DNA of 56,424 bases, counting the filler, from Sphacelaria rigidula (taxonomy: Eukaryota), in the NCBI GenBank assembly GCA_964200075.2. It is 6 parts of 6 records of this genome, joined end to end, with 100 filler letters (N's around TTAATTAATTAA, not from the genome) between each part and the next. Parts side by side here need not be neighbours in the genome. Positions count along the whole stretch, not along the records: positions 9,422 to 18,742 come from CAXNAA020008754.1; positions 18,843 to 28,163 come from CAXNAA020008755.1; 4 more parts are not named here. One strand, given 5' to 3'. The position numbers were made by a program, and so were the translations under genes. A model generated the notes under the pieces. The model made no database searches. It was not told where the DNA came from and saw only the letters and a list, made by a program, of their open reading frames with translations. Positions 12,270-24,573 of this stretch are shown here, one piece after another (position 1 is the stretch's first letter; each line of letters opens with the position of its first letter).

Positions 12270-13333
12270 AGTTCATTTCAAATGAGCGAGATCGTTGTTT
12301 GGAGATGACGTCTGTATTCGTGATTGATGCGATTGGCTCGATTACGGGTCATTTTTTCTGCAGTGGATAGTGGTCGGTCCATTTTACCTATATATAGTGC
12401 CCAAAATCGGGCCCCATTCACCCCCATAACTGTCTGTTACCTCGTGTTTACCTGAACGCTCCGCAAAAACAGAGAAAATGCTACAGGAGGAACCCTCGCG
12501 AATTTACACCCACCCGCACTCGAACGCGGACAAAGGCAGTATGTATCAGATTCTTGTAGGTTGCGGTGTACCTTCGCTTGACTCAGCGGCAAGGAACAGT
12601 GAGCGTGCATCGTTTTGCACGGAACACAGTCTACTGCACGCTACTGGTGTCTCTGCTTCGTGTTTCACAACAACACTACAGTGTAAAGCTATGTTGGCAA
12701 CACAAGAGGGGTCAGGTGCCCATGTGATTCATGACTTGTGCAAACTTCTGGTCAAAATGAGTCTCCTCCTGTAGTCTGCAACAACTTCTGTGCAAACCGG
12801 ATACACGCCACGTCAATCGCTGTCTGTGTCGAGTTGTGCTCAACATACTATTTCTTTGTGCATATGTTGCTGTGCTGGCTTCCAGAAATCCACCGCCACA
12901 CCATAACTCGTTCATCCGCCATGTTCTGGGCGTGTGCTCTGGTGTCTGCGCGAGGAGCGAGGTGGCTGGTGTGGTGTGTGTTGTCGGGAGGACGGTTACA
13001 GGTTACACGTCACGCCTGTTGGCCAATAGCGTCTCCTAATAAAAGTCCAAACCGCGCGAAACGCAACCATCGGACTTCGGACTGACTTTGGACTTCGGGG
13101 GAATTCCAAAGTCCAAGTCCTGACCCGAATTTGGTATTCGCAAACACCGTATTTGCGATACAGTTATGCCCGTGAAAGGGGCCCGATTTTGGGCACTATG
13201 TACAGGGTAAATGGACCGACCAACTACACAGGCAGTTGAATGCACAAGAAATAAAATCTAAATGAGCCAATCAGCATCAATCACAAGTACACGCGTCACT
13301 TGAAATGACGACGCCGCTCATACAAAATGTACT
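12270..13333. mobile_element. Non-autonomous DNA element (~1.06 kb) with ~165-bp imperfect TIRs, possibly Mutator-like
   Basis: 12270-12434 matches the reverse complement of 13159-13333 (e.g. ggtcggtccattttacc..tagtgcccaaaatcgggcccc..cataactgt). No clear TSD. Confidence 0.65.
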
Positions 13334-13435
13334 GTTGCTTTAGTACATTTTACAACAACCCTGTGACTGACGTTGCTGTGCACTTGTGCACAGGGTTACA
13401 ACAACAGAAAGATATAAACTGCTGCTCGTGTTGTT

Positions 13436-13563
13436 GCCGTGTTCTACAGCATCATCACCCATCGACGCCAACCCCATGGGGGGTCCACCCCTACAAAGCC
13501 GGGACGGAACATGCCGGGTTCTCGCCGGACCAGGCTGGGGAGGGGGGGGCCACTTATTTGTTG
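13436..13563 (-). repeat. Cluster of C-tract-associated repeat fragments (families B and C, degenerate end of A)
   Basis: The minus strand reads cctggtccggcgagaacccggcatgttccgtcccggctttgtagg (as at 56258) and ggacccccatggggttggcgtcg..gctgtagaacacg (as at 28100 and 56380). Confidence 0.7.
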
Positions 13564-13590
13564 ACAACAACAACAACAACAACAACAACA
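13564..13590. repeat. (ACA)n microsatellite
   Basis: Direct reading of the sequence. Confidence 0.9.
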
Positions 13591-13641
13591 AGCACGAGCA
13601 GCAGCGGCAGTTGGTGCACGAAATGGCTACATGCTACTTAC

Positions 13642-15805
13642 CTCGTAGTCCTTGACAGGCACGTCAGACTTCCCGATCAAGGCAAACAAGATGCCCGAGG
13701 CAAGAGCCACGATGATCACAATAGCGACCATGTACTTGCTTGCCGCGAAGAATGCCTTCTTCCAGTCATAGCGTCCACTGAACATTCCCCATTGATCATC
13801 AAGACAACCAAAACAACGGCCACAAACAAAATAATAGCAACAATAGGAGACGGACGGACAGGCGGGACGGCGACGGGGGGGACGGGGGGCGGGCGAGGCG
13901 AGAATCCTTGAATATGGAAACCGTTAGACCGCGGGTCAGTCTATTCGGCTCCCCTGTATGCGAAATATATCCTGGTGCACCACTTGGGTGGAATGATTGT
14001 TATATGCAGTTTTTTCCCTACAGTAAATGAATACATCCGATAAGTAAACCCTTTACTGTCAGAACGCTTGAAAATTCATGTTCTGACTTGGAGAAATCGT
14101 GGGCGCGCAGCTGATACAATGGCTGCCATGTGAAGCACGTGTTGATTCCTTTTCCCTGATATGTAGGCTTTTGAGCCCCGGATGTTACACCGATGGTAGT
14201 GCTCGAATTGAAGCAGTCATCTTCCACAGAGTAATTTGTGTTGTTCAGCCAAGATAAGGCGCGGGGTACAACACAAAAGGAAGAGACATGATAGAAATAA
14301 GGGGAAAAGGAGCGCTCAGACGCGAAGTAGGCGAGGAAGAACACCTGAAGACATACGGGGGGTCGAGAGAGGGGATCGGGATAAAAGCATATTTGCATGG
14401 CCCAATGGACGCTGCGAAAAAAGTGAAACTGCGAATTCGGGTGGGGGACTTAGACCTGTCAAAAAGTAGAAAAATATTCACCAGTCGTGGAAAGGAGGAG
14501 GAAGCACATGCACAGAATTGCCCCTGTGGCAAAGGAATGGATAGCAGAAGTCATATAGTGGCAGAATGTGAAGTATACAAGGAGAAACGGGACGTGCTAG
14601 AGGGGGAAATGAGGGACGTCAACGAAGGTGGCATGAAATCGTGTGATGCATTAGAAAGTGGGGAGAAAACGATGGCTATACTAGGATATAGATGGTGGCC
14701 ATAGATGGCGAAACACGACGGGGGTAATATATGCAAAAGATTTTTGTACAGTGTATGGAAGAAACGTAGTGAGCACCCAAATGTTGGAGGTGTCTCGATT
14801 AGGAGTAGGAAGGGTACTCCGTCTCGAAAGGGATGCGTGGTCATACGGCCAAACGACCAAGGCAAGCAACACATGAGCGCGCCCCCGACGCCTGCCGTAC
14901 CACAAAAGAAACACAACACAAACGACAACTAAAAAGAAGCCGCCCAGTACGCACTTCTATCTTTCGTAAGGAATAGTAGTGGCGGTATTGGAAAGTCGAG
15001 CCTACGTCTGTGACCACGGGTCCGAGAGATTGAGCTATTGTGAAGAGAATAATGATAACAGTAACAGTGACAATAACAACAAAAACAGTAACAGTAATAC
15101 CAATAATGATGATAATAACTACACATCATAATACTCATATATGACAAACGAATCGAAGAAAAGCACTCACGTGAGAGCCAAGGAGTCGTCCTCCTCGTAG
15201 TAGAAGATGGTGTAGGGTACGATGAAAAATGCCAATATAAAGATCATCATAAATATCGCGAACCACGCGGTGCTCATGTCCAGGGCTCCGCAGAAGATAT
15301 CGCTCCACGACTCCCCGCAGGCTATGTCACCCGAGTTGTTCGCCGCGTCCAAGGGTAAAAAAATCACTGCTAATTCCGCTACCGTGAGCGAAACCAACTG
15401 TGTGATGAGCAGACAAGAATGAAACACAAGAGGCACGACGCGCATGCACCAAGCTAGAGAGTCACTACACAGCATATTTACATATATAGATCTTGGGTGA
15501 GACAACGTCAACATTTTATTCTTCACAACACCATACCAGTACTGTAGACAAAAAGAGAGCTATAGTGGGTGGGTATACGAGTATGCCGAAGTTTCGTGAG
15601 AACGCTCTCTTGGCCACGAGGGATTGTAAGTGTTCATCATAATGATTACTATGATTCATTCATCCTGTCAGATTTCAGTCCCGTCTCTCAAAACCGGTTT
15701 ACACAAGAGTGCTGTCATCATCCACGATGTCGTACCCTTGCTTGTGACAAGTGCGTGCTCGCGACGGCAACTCACGGCAGCCAACATGGGGAAGAGCCAA
15801 CTATA
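13642..15805 (-). CDS. LMBR1/LIMR-family membrane protein, partial. Exons 15171-15397 and 13642-13777, plus a probable micro-exon 15776-15805
   Basis: The spliced translation (YSWLFPMLAA)LVSLTVAELAVIFLPLDAANNSGDIACGESWSDIFCGALDMSTAWFAIFMMIFILAFFIVPYTIFYYEEDDSLALT|GRYDWKKAFFAASKYMVAIVIIVALASGILFALIGKSDVPVKDYE carries the LMBR1 signatures LPLDxAN and PFxxFYYE. GT-AG sites are canonical and phases match. Confidence 0.85.
14245..14881 (+). mobile_element. 5'-truncated non-LTR retrotransposon (family A): ORF C-terminus with CCHC zinc knuckle and 3' UTR
   Basis: ORF 14288-14704 contains CPCGKGMDSRSHIVAECEVYKEKR (CxC-x8-H-x4-C) and an in-frame stop. The 3' end is shared with six other copies. It lies in an LMBR1 intron. 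Confidence 0.8.
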
Positions 15806-16429
15806 CTGTACAATTCAGGCTGAATTGAGCTCTCATCGTGTACCCAGAAAGGCAACCAACCGCGTGAGCAGTAAAGAGGAGGGTGTTGTGTGTCGTAAAA
15901 CGCACAAAAATCACCCCAAATTGTCCGTGAGCACGGAGGTCAGGAATGGGTAAGTAAAGCAGAAATGATAGGGATCAGGCGTGCGGGCGGAGGGGAGGAC
16001 AGCTGGGGTCTACGGATTAGCGATGATTACTCAGAGTGCCGAAGAAGCGGGTGTGCGCCTGAATCTTTAGCTTCGCAAAGCACGTAGTCTTGGATATTTC
16101 TTGTTTCTCGGTCCATGGGGTTGGGATGGGGTTGGGTCCATGGAATCGAGTTACGATGACGAAGGCAGGACGGGAGTTCAGTGGACTATAACTCCATCCG
16201 CGGCCGCAGAAAAACGGCCGCGAAAAAAACAGCAGGAAAACCGAAATATGTCGCAGAATTTTAGAAAATACAGCAGATTTTGAAGAGGATTGAGCATAAT
16301 TGTGATTGCCTGGCGCAGATTTCCAACAGGACAGCGCAGACTTGCGATTTCTCCGGGCAAAAATCCTGCAGACAGACAGGCCTCCTCCTTTCAGGGCCCT
16401 ACACGTTACACGTTCATGTTTCACGTCTC

Positions 16430-16566
16430 ACGTCAAAAGCTAAGCCAGGCTACTACTACGGTGGGGGACGGGGACCACGCGGGGAGCTTTGTTCAAAAGT
16501 CAAGTCAAATCAGGGCTCCCCACGTGGTCCCTCACCGTATTACTAGCCTAGCTTGATTTTCGACGT
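16430..16566. mobile_element. Hairpin MITE-like repeat, copy 1
   Basis: Palindromic arms (tacggtgggg..gaccacgcggggagc / gctccccacgtggtccctcaccgta) around aagtcaagtcaaat. Homologous to 40300-40436. Confidence 0.65.
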
Positions 16567-16765
16567 ACAAAATAGGGGCAAGAAAGCAAAAAAAGACGCA
16601 GAAAAGCAAAAAGAGGCGCAGAAAAAGCGCAGAAAGCAAGCAAAAAAAAGAGCAGATGAAGTCATAGTCGATCAGTGGAACACTTTGCCCCCTTCAAGTC
16701 AATGTGAAGCTTCTCGCCGAGAAATTCAAGCGGACCACTTCCTAAAACCGTCTCCCCTCCCCCCC

Positions 16766-16942
16766 GATCGCAGGACAGGAAGGGGGTGAGACATGTAAGA
16801 GGTTTCTGTGTAATGTAAAGAAGAAACGTAATGAGCGCCCAGATTTTGGACGTGTCTCCAGTAGGAGTAGGAACGGTGCTCCGTCTCGAAAGGGATGCAT
16901 TGTCATTGATCAAACGACTAAGGCGAGCAACAAACAAGTACG
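16766..16942 (+). mobile_element. 3' fragment of LINE family A
   Basis: aagaaacgtaatgagcgccc..gctccgtctcgaaagggatgc..caagtacg, with C-runs on both sides. Confidence 0.75.
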
Positions 16943-18742
16943 CCCCCCGCGCCGCCTCCTTCTTCCCCTACCCCACGCTCACCAATACCCCGCCGAAGGT
17001 CACCGAGTTGGTGACGCCTCAGGACGTCGAGTCATCGTTCAAGGTTAAAACAAACGTCACTGTTTGGTTGGTTTCTAGGGCCTTGGTTCTGACGACTGCC
17101 AAACAGGAACAAGAAATGCAGAAAAATCGTACACACACACACACCATGCGACACACATATATACGCACCATCAATCAAACAAACAAACAAACACACAAAC
17201 ACACACACGCACGCAAGTGTTTTGTGGGCGCTTACTCAGTTTCGGGCGAGTGTCGAGTTCGAACACGTTACCCATATCTGTGTTTGGGAGATCTCGCTCG
17301 TGCTGCGGGCTTTGCTCTCTGTTTTAATTGATTACATTCTGTCCCGATACATCTCCAGTTTGCCGAAAGTCGTGCCCCCCCCCGGAAAATGGGCGAGAGC
17401 ACCTACAATAATCAAACGGCATTGCTGCGGAAATATACCACACCCTGAAGAATAGATTACGTTGCCAAGAAGTGAATTGCGTGCAGTATGGGAAATTTTT
17501 GTCTATTGCAACAGACGCAATAGTCGACACTGCACGCAGTACATTGTTGGACAACGTAATCTACAATGCCGTCATCATCCAGAGTGTGAAATACATCCAT
17601 CTTGAAACTACCACTCGAAGTTTGAAAGATACAGTAGTGGGCGGTCTAACTATTGAGGGGTGTTTTGGGATTTTCCTCGCGTACTACTCTTCGATAGACC
17701 TCGAAATTGCTAGCGTCGGTAGATTTTGGTACAATAAACAGTATCACCCTCGAAACACAGTGACCAAGGCGGTGCTAGTTGGTGTTATCGGGCGATACGA
17801 GTAAATACCTCACTCATCAGGAGGTTGGTATTGACCGTACAACACAGTTTTCCGGCTCCAGTGCAATGAGTAGGTAGAATCCCCAAAAAATAAAACTATA
17901 CGAAGTACATTTTTTCACAAATATGATCGGGACAGGCTCGATTGACCGAAAATACCGGAGAGTACGAATCTGGGCTGCAACGTGGCAGGACCCCCGATGA
18001 CCGTTAAGCCCGTAAGTCACTCAATATTGAGTATAGATGGGGTTTTTTATTCGAATGTGAAGCAGATACAAGTATCTTCAGATCCCCAATTACGAAAAAA
18101 TCACAAAATGCCCCAAAGTGAATAGTTAGACCGCGCACCACTGTAGAGACGTGAAAATTCGAGAAGACAGACGCATCGACAATCCAAAGATCGCCATAAA
18201 TCATCGTTTTGGGGAGATGGGGAGGGGGGGCTTTTGATCGTGACACCTTCGTCGTCAAACAACACCCAGTTGCCTTCAATTAAATGTAAACGAACGGGGT
18301 AACGAAGACCCTTCAAATGTTACGAATCAACTAAACTGAAAGTAGGTACCTGTCAGCCAAATCATTATTCGCCGACCCTTAGAAAAAAACAACATCCGAC
18401 TCGAACTTGAACCAAGCAAGGTGTTAAGCTGACGAGCTATAGAATGAATCCGCTAAGCCTTTTACAACAAAATATCGATGGTGTTGGGGTCACGTTTGTT
18501 GGTTTGGGGACGTAGGAAGCGATGTATAACGAGGGTAAAACTATCTTACAGTACATTAGGGCGAAGAGAACGGGGGTTCGATTTCCGATGCGATGTTTTT
18601 TTTCTTCCTTACATATGATTTCCACCGTGGAACGCGTGAGAACGTGAGTAAACGAAGTATTCGACTGGATTTGTGTGACGTGAGTCGACGCGGTGCGGAA
18701 GTGCTGACTCAATCCGCGAGCCCAAGATGAAAGGCACGCACC

Positions 18743-18842
18743 NNNNNNNNNNNNNNNNNNNNNNNNNNNNNNNNNNNNNNNNNNNNTTAATTAATTAANN
18801 NNNNNNNNNNNNNNNNNNNNNNNNNNNNNNNNNNNNNNNNNN
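18743..18842. other. Artificial contig linker
   Basis: 44N-TTAATTAATTAA-44N. Confidence 0.98.
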
Positions 18843-19326
18843 AGGCGAATGAGGCGTGGGGGAGGAGGTGACTGTTGGGGTGGGGGCGGGCAGGAGGGGG
18901 GGGGGGGGGGGGCGTCAGTATAGCACGAGAAGAAAGAGAGAGAAAGAGAGAGAGAACAACAACAAAAAACGGGCCTTACGGTACCGTGCTCATGAGTTTC
19001 CGACAGTGTTACGGTGGGGTGTGTTCTGGAAAGGTGCGTGAAAATACGCAGCACGGGGGGGAAAGTGGAAAGCAGTTGGAAGGAGGCATGGTAGCAGCAC
19101 GTGCAGAACAGTGATACATCGTTCCACGAGAGTGGCGACAGAAGCGGAGCGCTGAACTGGCTACGTTGCCGCTATTGTACATCATTCGTCGCTGTAAAAT
19201 TGTGAGTGAAAATATCGAAGTGAGTGAAACAGGGCCCGCCCACCCAGAACATACACACACAGCGACAAGAGCAACGCAGTACCCACCCCAAAGTACAAAC
19301 CGCCAACCGCCCATTTGCACACGCAC

Positions 19327-22300
19327 CTCGAAGCAAGCCTCGCCAGGCTCGTCTTCCACATCCTCCTCCTTCTCTCCGCCTTCCCCCTTTCCCTTCTCCT
19401 CCTCGTCTCCTTCCGCTTCCCTCACCACCCCCGCCGCGCTCGCGCCCGCCCTTCGCCTTCTCCCCACCGAACCTGACACTCCCATTGCGCCGCCGGCGTC
19501 GCCGAGGCCACCCGGTGCTGACCGCCTGATCCCCATTCTCATCCCTGCCGGCGAAAACTCCATCGGCAGCCTGTCCCGTCCGTACTCCCTTCCTCGCGCC
19601 GAAAATCCACCAAACGCACCACTCTCAACTCCGAGCGACCGAGGCCGTCGGCCACCGGCTGCCAGAGCCCCGAAGCTCGCCGCCACCGCCGCCGCTCCCG
19701 CTCCGTCTCCTCCTCTCATCATGACAAACTCGGCCGAGTCGTCGTCTACAGCGGGTAGTCGCACGCGCTCCCACGCGAGCGGCGCGTTCATCCTGTCCAT
19801 CCTCGCCCTCCACGAAGCCGACCGGCCAAAGCCGCCCCTCCAGGCGGCTGGCGGTACCGGAGCGGAGGCAGCGGAGGTTGCATTTGAGCCCCCGGCCGCG
19901 GCGACGGAGGAGCCGATTGCGCTTGGCGGCGATCCCCAGTTGGTATCCAGCGGAAGAAGGGGTCGTGCTGAAGAAAAAAACGCGTGGCACCGCAGCACGG
20001 CGGTGTGGGGCAAGTTGGTTCGTTGATTAGTTTTTTGCTGCGGTCAACTACGTCGAAAGGGGGCGAGAGGAAGACAGCGAAAAAAACTCCCCTTCTAGAA
20101 TAAGTTACACGATTTCCAGTCCCCTTTGTTAACAAGGTATCGCCAACACGAACATACACAAAGCCTTTAGATGTTTGCAACTGTCGCGCAGTACTGAGGA
20201 CTAGCTGCCTTGCACTGAGTTGCTCACGCGTCTCCCCGCTTCCGTCTCGGTTCAAGTACGAAAGCGCGTACACCCTGACACATGACACACAATGCACGAC
20301 AATCGCGAATGCGTCCACAAATATCGCCTCAGAGTCATGCTTGAAAGAGCCTCCCAGCTTTCCTTTGACCCAACGGCACGGGCATCTTCTCCGCTGAACA
20401 TACAGTACATACTAACGTGTGTGCAGATACTGGAACGCAATACAGCGTCTACAGTACAATCTCATACCTGCATACGCGTCCATCCTGGCTTCCAGCCAGC
20501 TCCCCACGTCCTCCAACCTCCTACCGCTGGGGTCACCAATCCCCCTGCCTTCCAGCCGCCCGAGCCCGTCAGCCCTGTCTGTACCCCGCGCTTCTTCCAC
20601 CGCCGCCGCCTCAGCGGCCGCCGATGCCAGCGCGGGGCGGAACGGCGAAAATCTCCACTGCGGCACACCGGCGGCGGAAGCAATCGCTTCCGCAAACAGC
20701 GCTTCATCATCTTCCTCCGCCGCCCTTGCTGCCGCCTCCGCGCGGGTGGCGGTGGCGGCAGTGGCTGCCGCCGGTGCTGCTGTCGCCGATTCTTCGTGGG
20801 CACTGGGCGCCGCTGGCGCCACTTCGGCGCCCGTTCCGGCACCCGTTCCGGTGTTCCGGACGGGCGCATCTGCTGCCGGAAGTTGAGCGGTGGATTCGTG
20901 GGAAGCGGAACCAGCGGTAGCTGCTGCAGCCGAGAGTCCTGCTCTTGCCACCAATCCGCCGCCGTCGTTGACCACGCCGGCGCGCAACCCCGACGTCCGT
21001 GATATTGCGACGGTCGTAGGGGCCGCCGAAGGTGTGTCCTGCACTGCAGCATTTCTGTTCAAGAGTCCGTCGCTGCTCACAGGGTCGTCACCCCTGCGGT
21101 CAGAATTGTCGACCCCTCGGTCGACCTGTGCTTCGGCCGACGAGTCTGCGGCTATTCTTGCTCCTGTTTCCACCAAATGTTGCTGTGGTACAGTGGCTTG
21201 GTCAGCGGGGGTCGGTGCCGCCGGTTCTGGGACCGGTTCCGCTTGCTCTTGTTCCTCCTGCGCTTCCATTAAGCCGGGTGAGGTTCTCGGGGTGGCCGTT
21301 GACGGCGGGGTAGGTCGATTGCCTGTGGTTCTCCGCCACGAAGAGAAGGGGTTCGGCAATACAAGCGACGGCCAAGCAGACCTCGAAGTCTCCTCCTTCT
21401 CCTCCTTCTCTTCCGGGTGCTCTGCATGTTCTTCCGTGTCCTGGTTGGCATCGTTACTCTGCCCATCATTGTTGTCATCTCCTGTTGGCATGCCGTCACA
21501 ACTCTCTTCACCCTTCTCTTCGTCTCCTCCCGCTTCTTGCTGCTGCTGCTGCTGCTGCTGCTTTTGCTGTCTCGCTGCTCCGTCACCTGCTCGGCCAGTA
21601 TTGCCACTTTCAACAAGGGCTTGACCGCCATCTTGAACAACATGGGCAATTCCACCCACTTGTCCTGCGCGGCTGCTGTCATCATCTACCTCGCCCGAAG
21701 TCCCTTCAACAGATCGCTTCTCTTCGTTGCTCTCCTTTCGGTTTCTCTCCTCTTTGCTATCTGTGATAAACGATCGAGCAAAGGTTGCACCACCATCATC
21801 CCCGCTGTCACTGCCCCCGGCCAAGGCCGAAGGCACGCCACACGCAGAGGCTCCATTCAGGACATAATTACCAGCATCGCCGGCGCGCCCGGGGTGACTG
21901 TTGCACATTCTATCCTCACCGGCAAGGGCATTGTCAGTGCCATTATTGATGTCTATCGTCGACGTAGTCACGCCCCCTGTCGCCGCCGCTAGTGCTGCTG
22001 CTCCCGTTGATGGTGCTCCTACCGCTGTCCCTCCCGCAGTCGTGGTTGCTTGCTGCTGCAAATCTTTCTCTGCCACCGCGGCCCCCGCAGATGGAAACGA
22101 CGGAGGGCGGATACCACAAGAACCATCATCCGAAGCCGTCGATGAGGCACCGAAAGAGGAACGTGAGGGAGAAGACGAAGAACCTTCCGAAGACGAAAAC
22201 GTCAATGGTGACGGAGAACGCCGATCCAACGACGATAGGCTCCTGCTGCCAGTACTGTCAATGTCGGTTCCGGTGCCTCCGCCGCCACCGCCGCCGTCGC

Positions 22301-22421
22301 CACTTTTGCCTCCCCCACCCCTTGCTTCTCCCCCATAGCCGCTACCGCTGCTCGCAGTTGGGGTGTACGTCGATCGACTCGCAGTACTGTTGCCTGGCTC
22401 TGATCTTGGAGGCATTTTGAC
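19327..22421 (-). CDS. Unknown low-complexity (Ala/Gly/Ser/Glu-rich, polyQ) protein, partial. Exons 20468-22421 (ATG at 22415) and 19327-19967; a further exon probably starts at 19191
   Basis: 707-aa and 334-aa GC-rich ORFs. The donor gcag|gtatgag at 20468 (phase 1) matches the acceptor ttttcttcag|ca at 19967. The donor gag|gtgcgt at 19327 matches the acceptor ttttacag at 19191. No domain recognised. Confidence 0.75.
21538..21561. repeat. (CAG)n trinucleotide repeat on the minus strand, encoding polyQ
   Basis: tgctgctgc run inside the large exon. Confidence 0.85.
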
Positions 22422-24573
22422 CTGGTCCAGTTGATTCGCAGTTTGTTTTGGACCAGCGAGCGCATTAGTGATAGGAGTGTCCGTTGGTCGGTCGACCGGC
22501 CGCACTCGGTAGAACACAAAAAACGCAAGATTCATTAGAGCAACTTATTCTACTCTGCCGTGATACGTCTGCAAGTGCTCTCATGGGTCGACAGACACAC
22601 GACGAGATTGTGCCGGTTACGCCCGCCGAAAACATACAGCAATACAGGACAGTACGAGAGTTTCAGCTTGGTCGAAAACCGTTAGTTGAGATGGTGACTA
22701 CTTGATTTTAGAATTAACACCGATATTCGGACCTTGAGAGGGGCTAAGTGCTCCTGGCTTGCCCAGAACGTGTTTTTGTCCAAATCGGCGCCGCCGATTC
22801 AAGGTCTGGCAACACACACCTTGCCCAGGGCAACCTTTGCACCCCCCTTGCCCGATGGTTCTCATATGCCTTGGGTCGGGGTCATGGTCAGGGTTAGTGC
22901 TAAGGCTACTTCGTTCGAGATAATCAACCGTGGATTTTCGACCAAAGTTAAAGGTCGCCTCACACAGGAATAAGGATCACAGTCAAAACGACACAGACTG
23001 CGGAGCGTTTCCGAGATTCCGGGTTTTCACGCAGTTGGGAGTTGCGGAGGAAACCCAGTTGGGAGTTGTAAAGGAGATGGGGGCCCAGTTGAGAGTAGTG
23101 AAGGAGATCAGTACACGAAATCCAAGGATTATCTCGGAGTGGGCCCTGTCCCGTTGCGTGATAATAGAATTGTTTTTTTGGCCATTTCAGGATTGTATCC
23201 CAGATTGCATAGTTTAAAGTAAAGCAGCACCGCTACTGACTTCTTTTATACTCGTCGTTGAGGGTTCAACAGTACAAATGCAGTAACGTGTGCAATTTGC
23301 ATGGTCTGTACACACATGTGGGGTACAGTAGTACTTTCAGCGAAGTAGGATCTTCGGCCCGGCAGACAACCAGGACGGGTTTCTGCAACAAGTGCGGAAT
23401 ATGGAGCAGAACACGCGCATTTTCTCCAACTTGGTTCAGCAAGTTGCTCACATGGTACCGTAAAGCTATGCGTACAGACGTGTACCGTACAATGGATAGC
23501 AAAATGCATGCATTTAGGCTGCTATGATACGTAGTTTTCAACTACTCAACGTGGCTTTCATCACGGGAGACGCGAGAGCTACATGCATGCTCCTTTTCTC
23601 ACCTGATGAGAATCAGCTTCGTTCTTCGCAGCACTCGAATCTCGTTTTGCATCTCCACCATCTCCAGATTGCTTCATCACTCCGGCTACCCCCCCCCCCC
23701 CCACCCCCCCGGTCTAACCACTTTCCCGCCCACACTCGCCCTCCGTAGCTCCACCCCTCCCCTTAGCTTTCCTCAGGATATCTCCACCTAGCTTTCTCCA
23801 CACAGAGTCCTCTTTTGCAATGACCGGCCGTGGCAACCCGGAAACAGCTTCGCATCTGCAGTAAGTACTCGTGTACTTGTACCCCCTTGGGGACACCAGG
23901 CAGCGTTCAGCGGTCTCTAGTATGTGCAAACTCCGCCCGACTTGACAGCAGAAAGCTTGATGGATTCGAAATTTGCGAATACTGTGGATGAATCTACAAC
24001 AGTCCTCACGAAGCTATTGAAGTGGAAGGGTACCGCGACTTGATCTACACAACCGTACGGTACTGTACCATAGCGTAGACCCCGGATCACTCGACTACGA
24101 TGCTCAGCAGAGCAGCACACGAGGTCTAGTTGTCCTATACAATTGCCATTTTCCAATTCCAAAAACTTGCCTCACCGCAAACTTCTCAGCTTTATATAGA
24201 TATGTAACTTCTAAAGTTTCAAATTCACTTCATATGATGAATATTTCAGAGGAAATATGTTGAATTTTTTACGTTCCCTGCCATTCGTGGATTTTCAAGG
24301 TAGAGTAGACACTCTGTGAGTGTCAATACGACATTCCTCCGATCGCGGGTCTGAATGAAAATCTCGGCATTGTCTGAAGAACGTGCTGTTGTGCTGCAGC
24401 AATGCCGTCCGGTTCTCTCTGCCTGGGGGCTCACCTTGAGGTTGTGTGCTGCAAGGCGTACAGGAGAAACTAGCGCAAATACTTAAACTCTAGTTCGACT
24501 TGCATGAAAACGACGAGAACAGAATCTTCAACTCCCTATATATCTCCTTTTTATAGCCAGTATAGATCCGCTC

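Noticed and set aside
17222-17270. tRNA-like B-box (gagttcgaac), also near 18395-18440 on the minus strand
   Set aside because: No cloverleaf or convincing A-box could be built.
19166-22420. Long plus-strand ORFs (286, 236, 244 and 191 aa)
   Set aside because: They are antisense or alternative-frame shadows of the GC-rich minus-strand exons.
23031-23110. Three cagttgggagttg-type direct repeats
   Set aside because: Short degenerate minisatellite with a ~25-bp period and similar spacers, not a CRISPR array.
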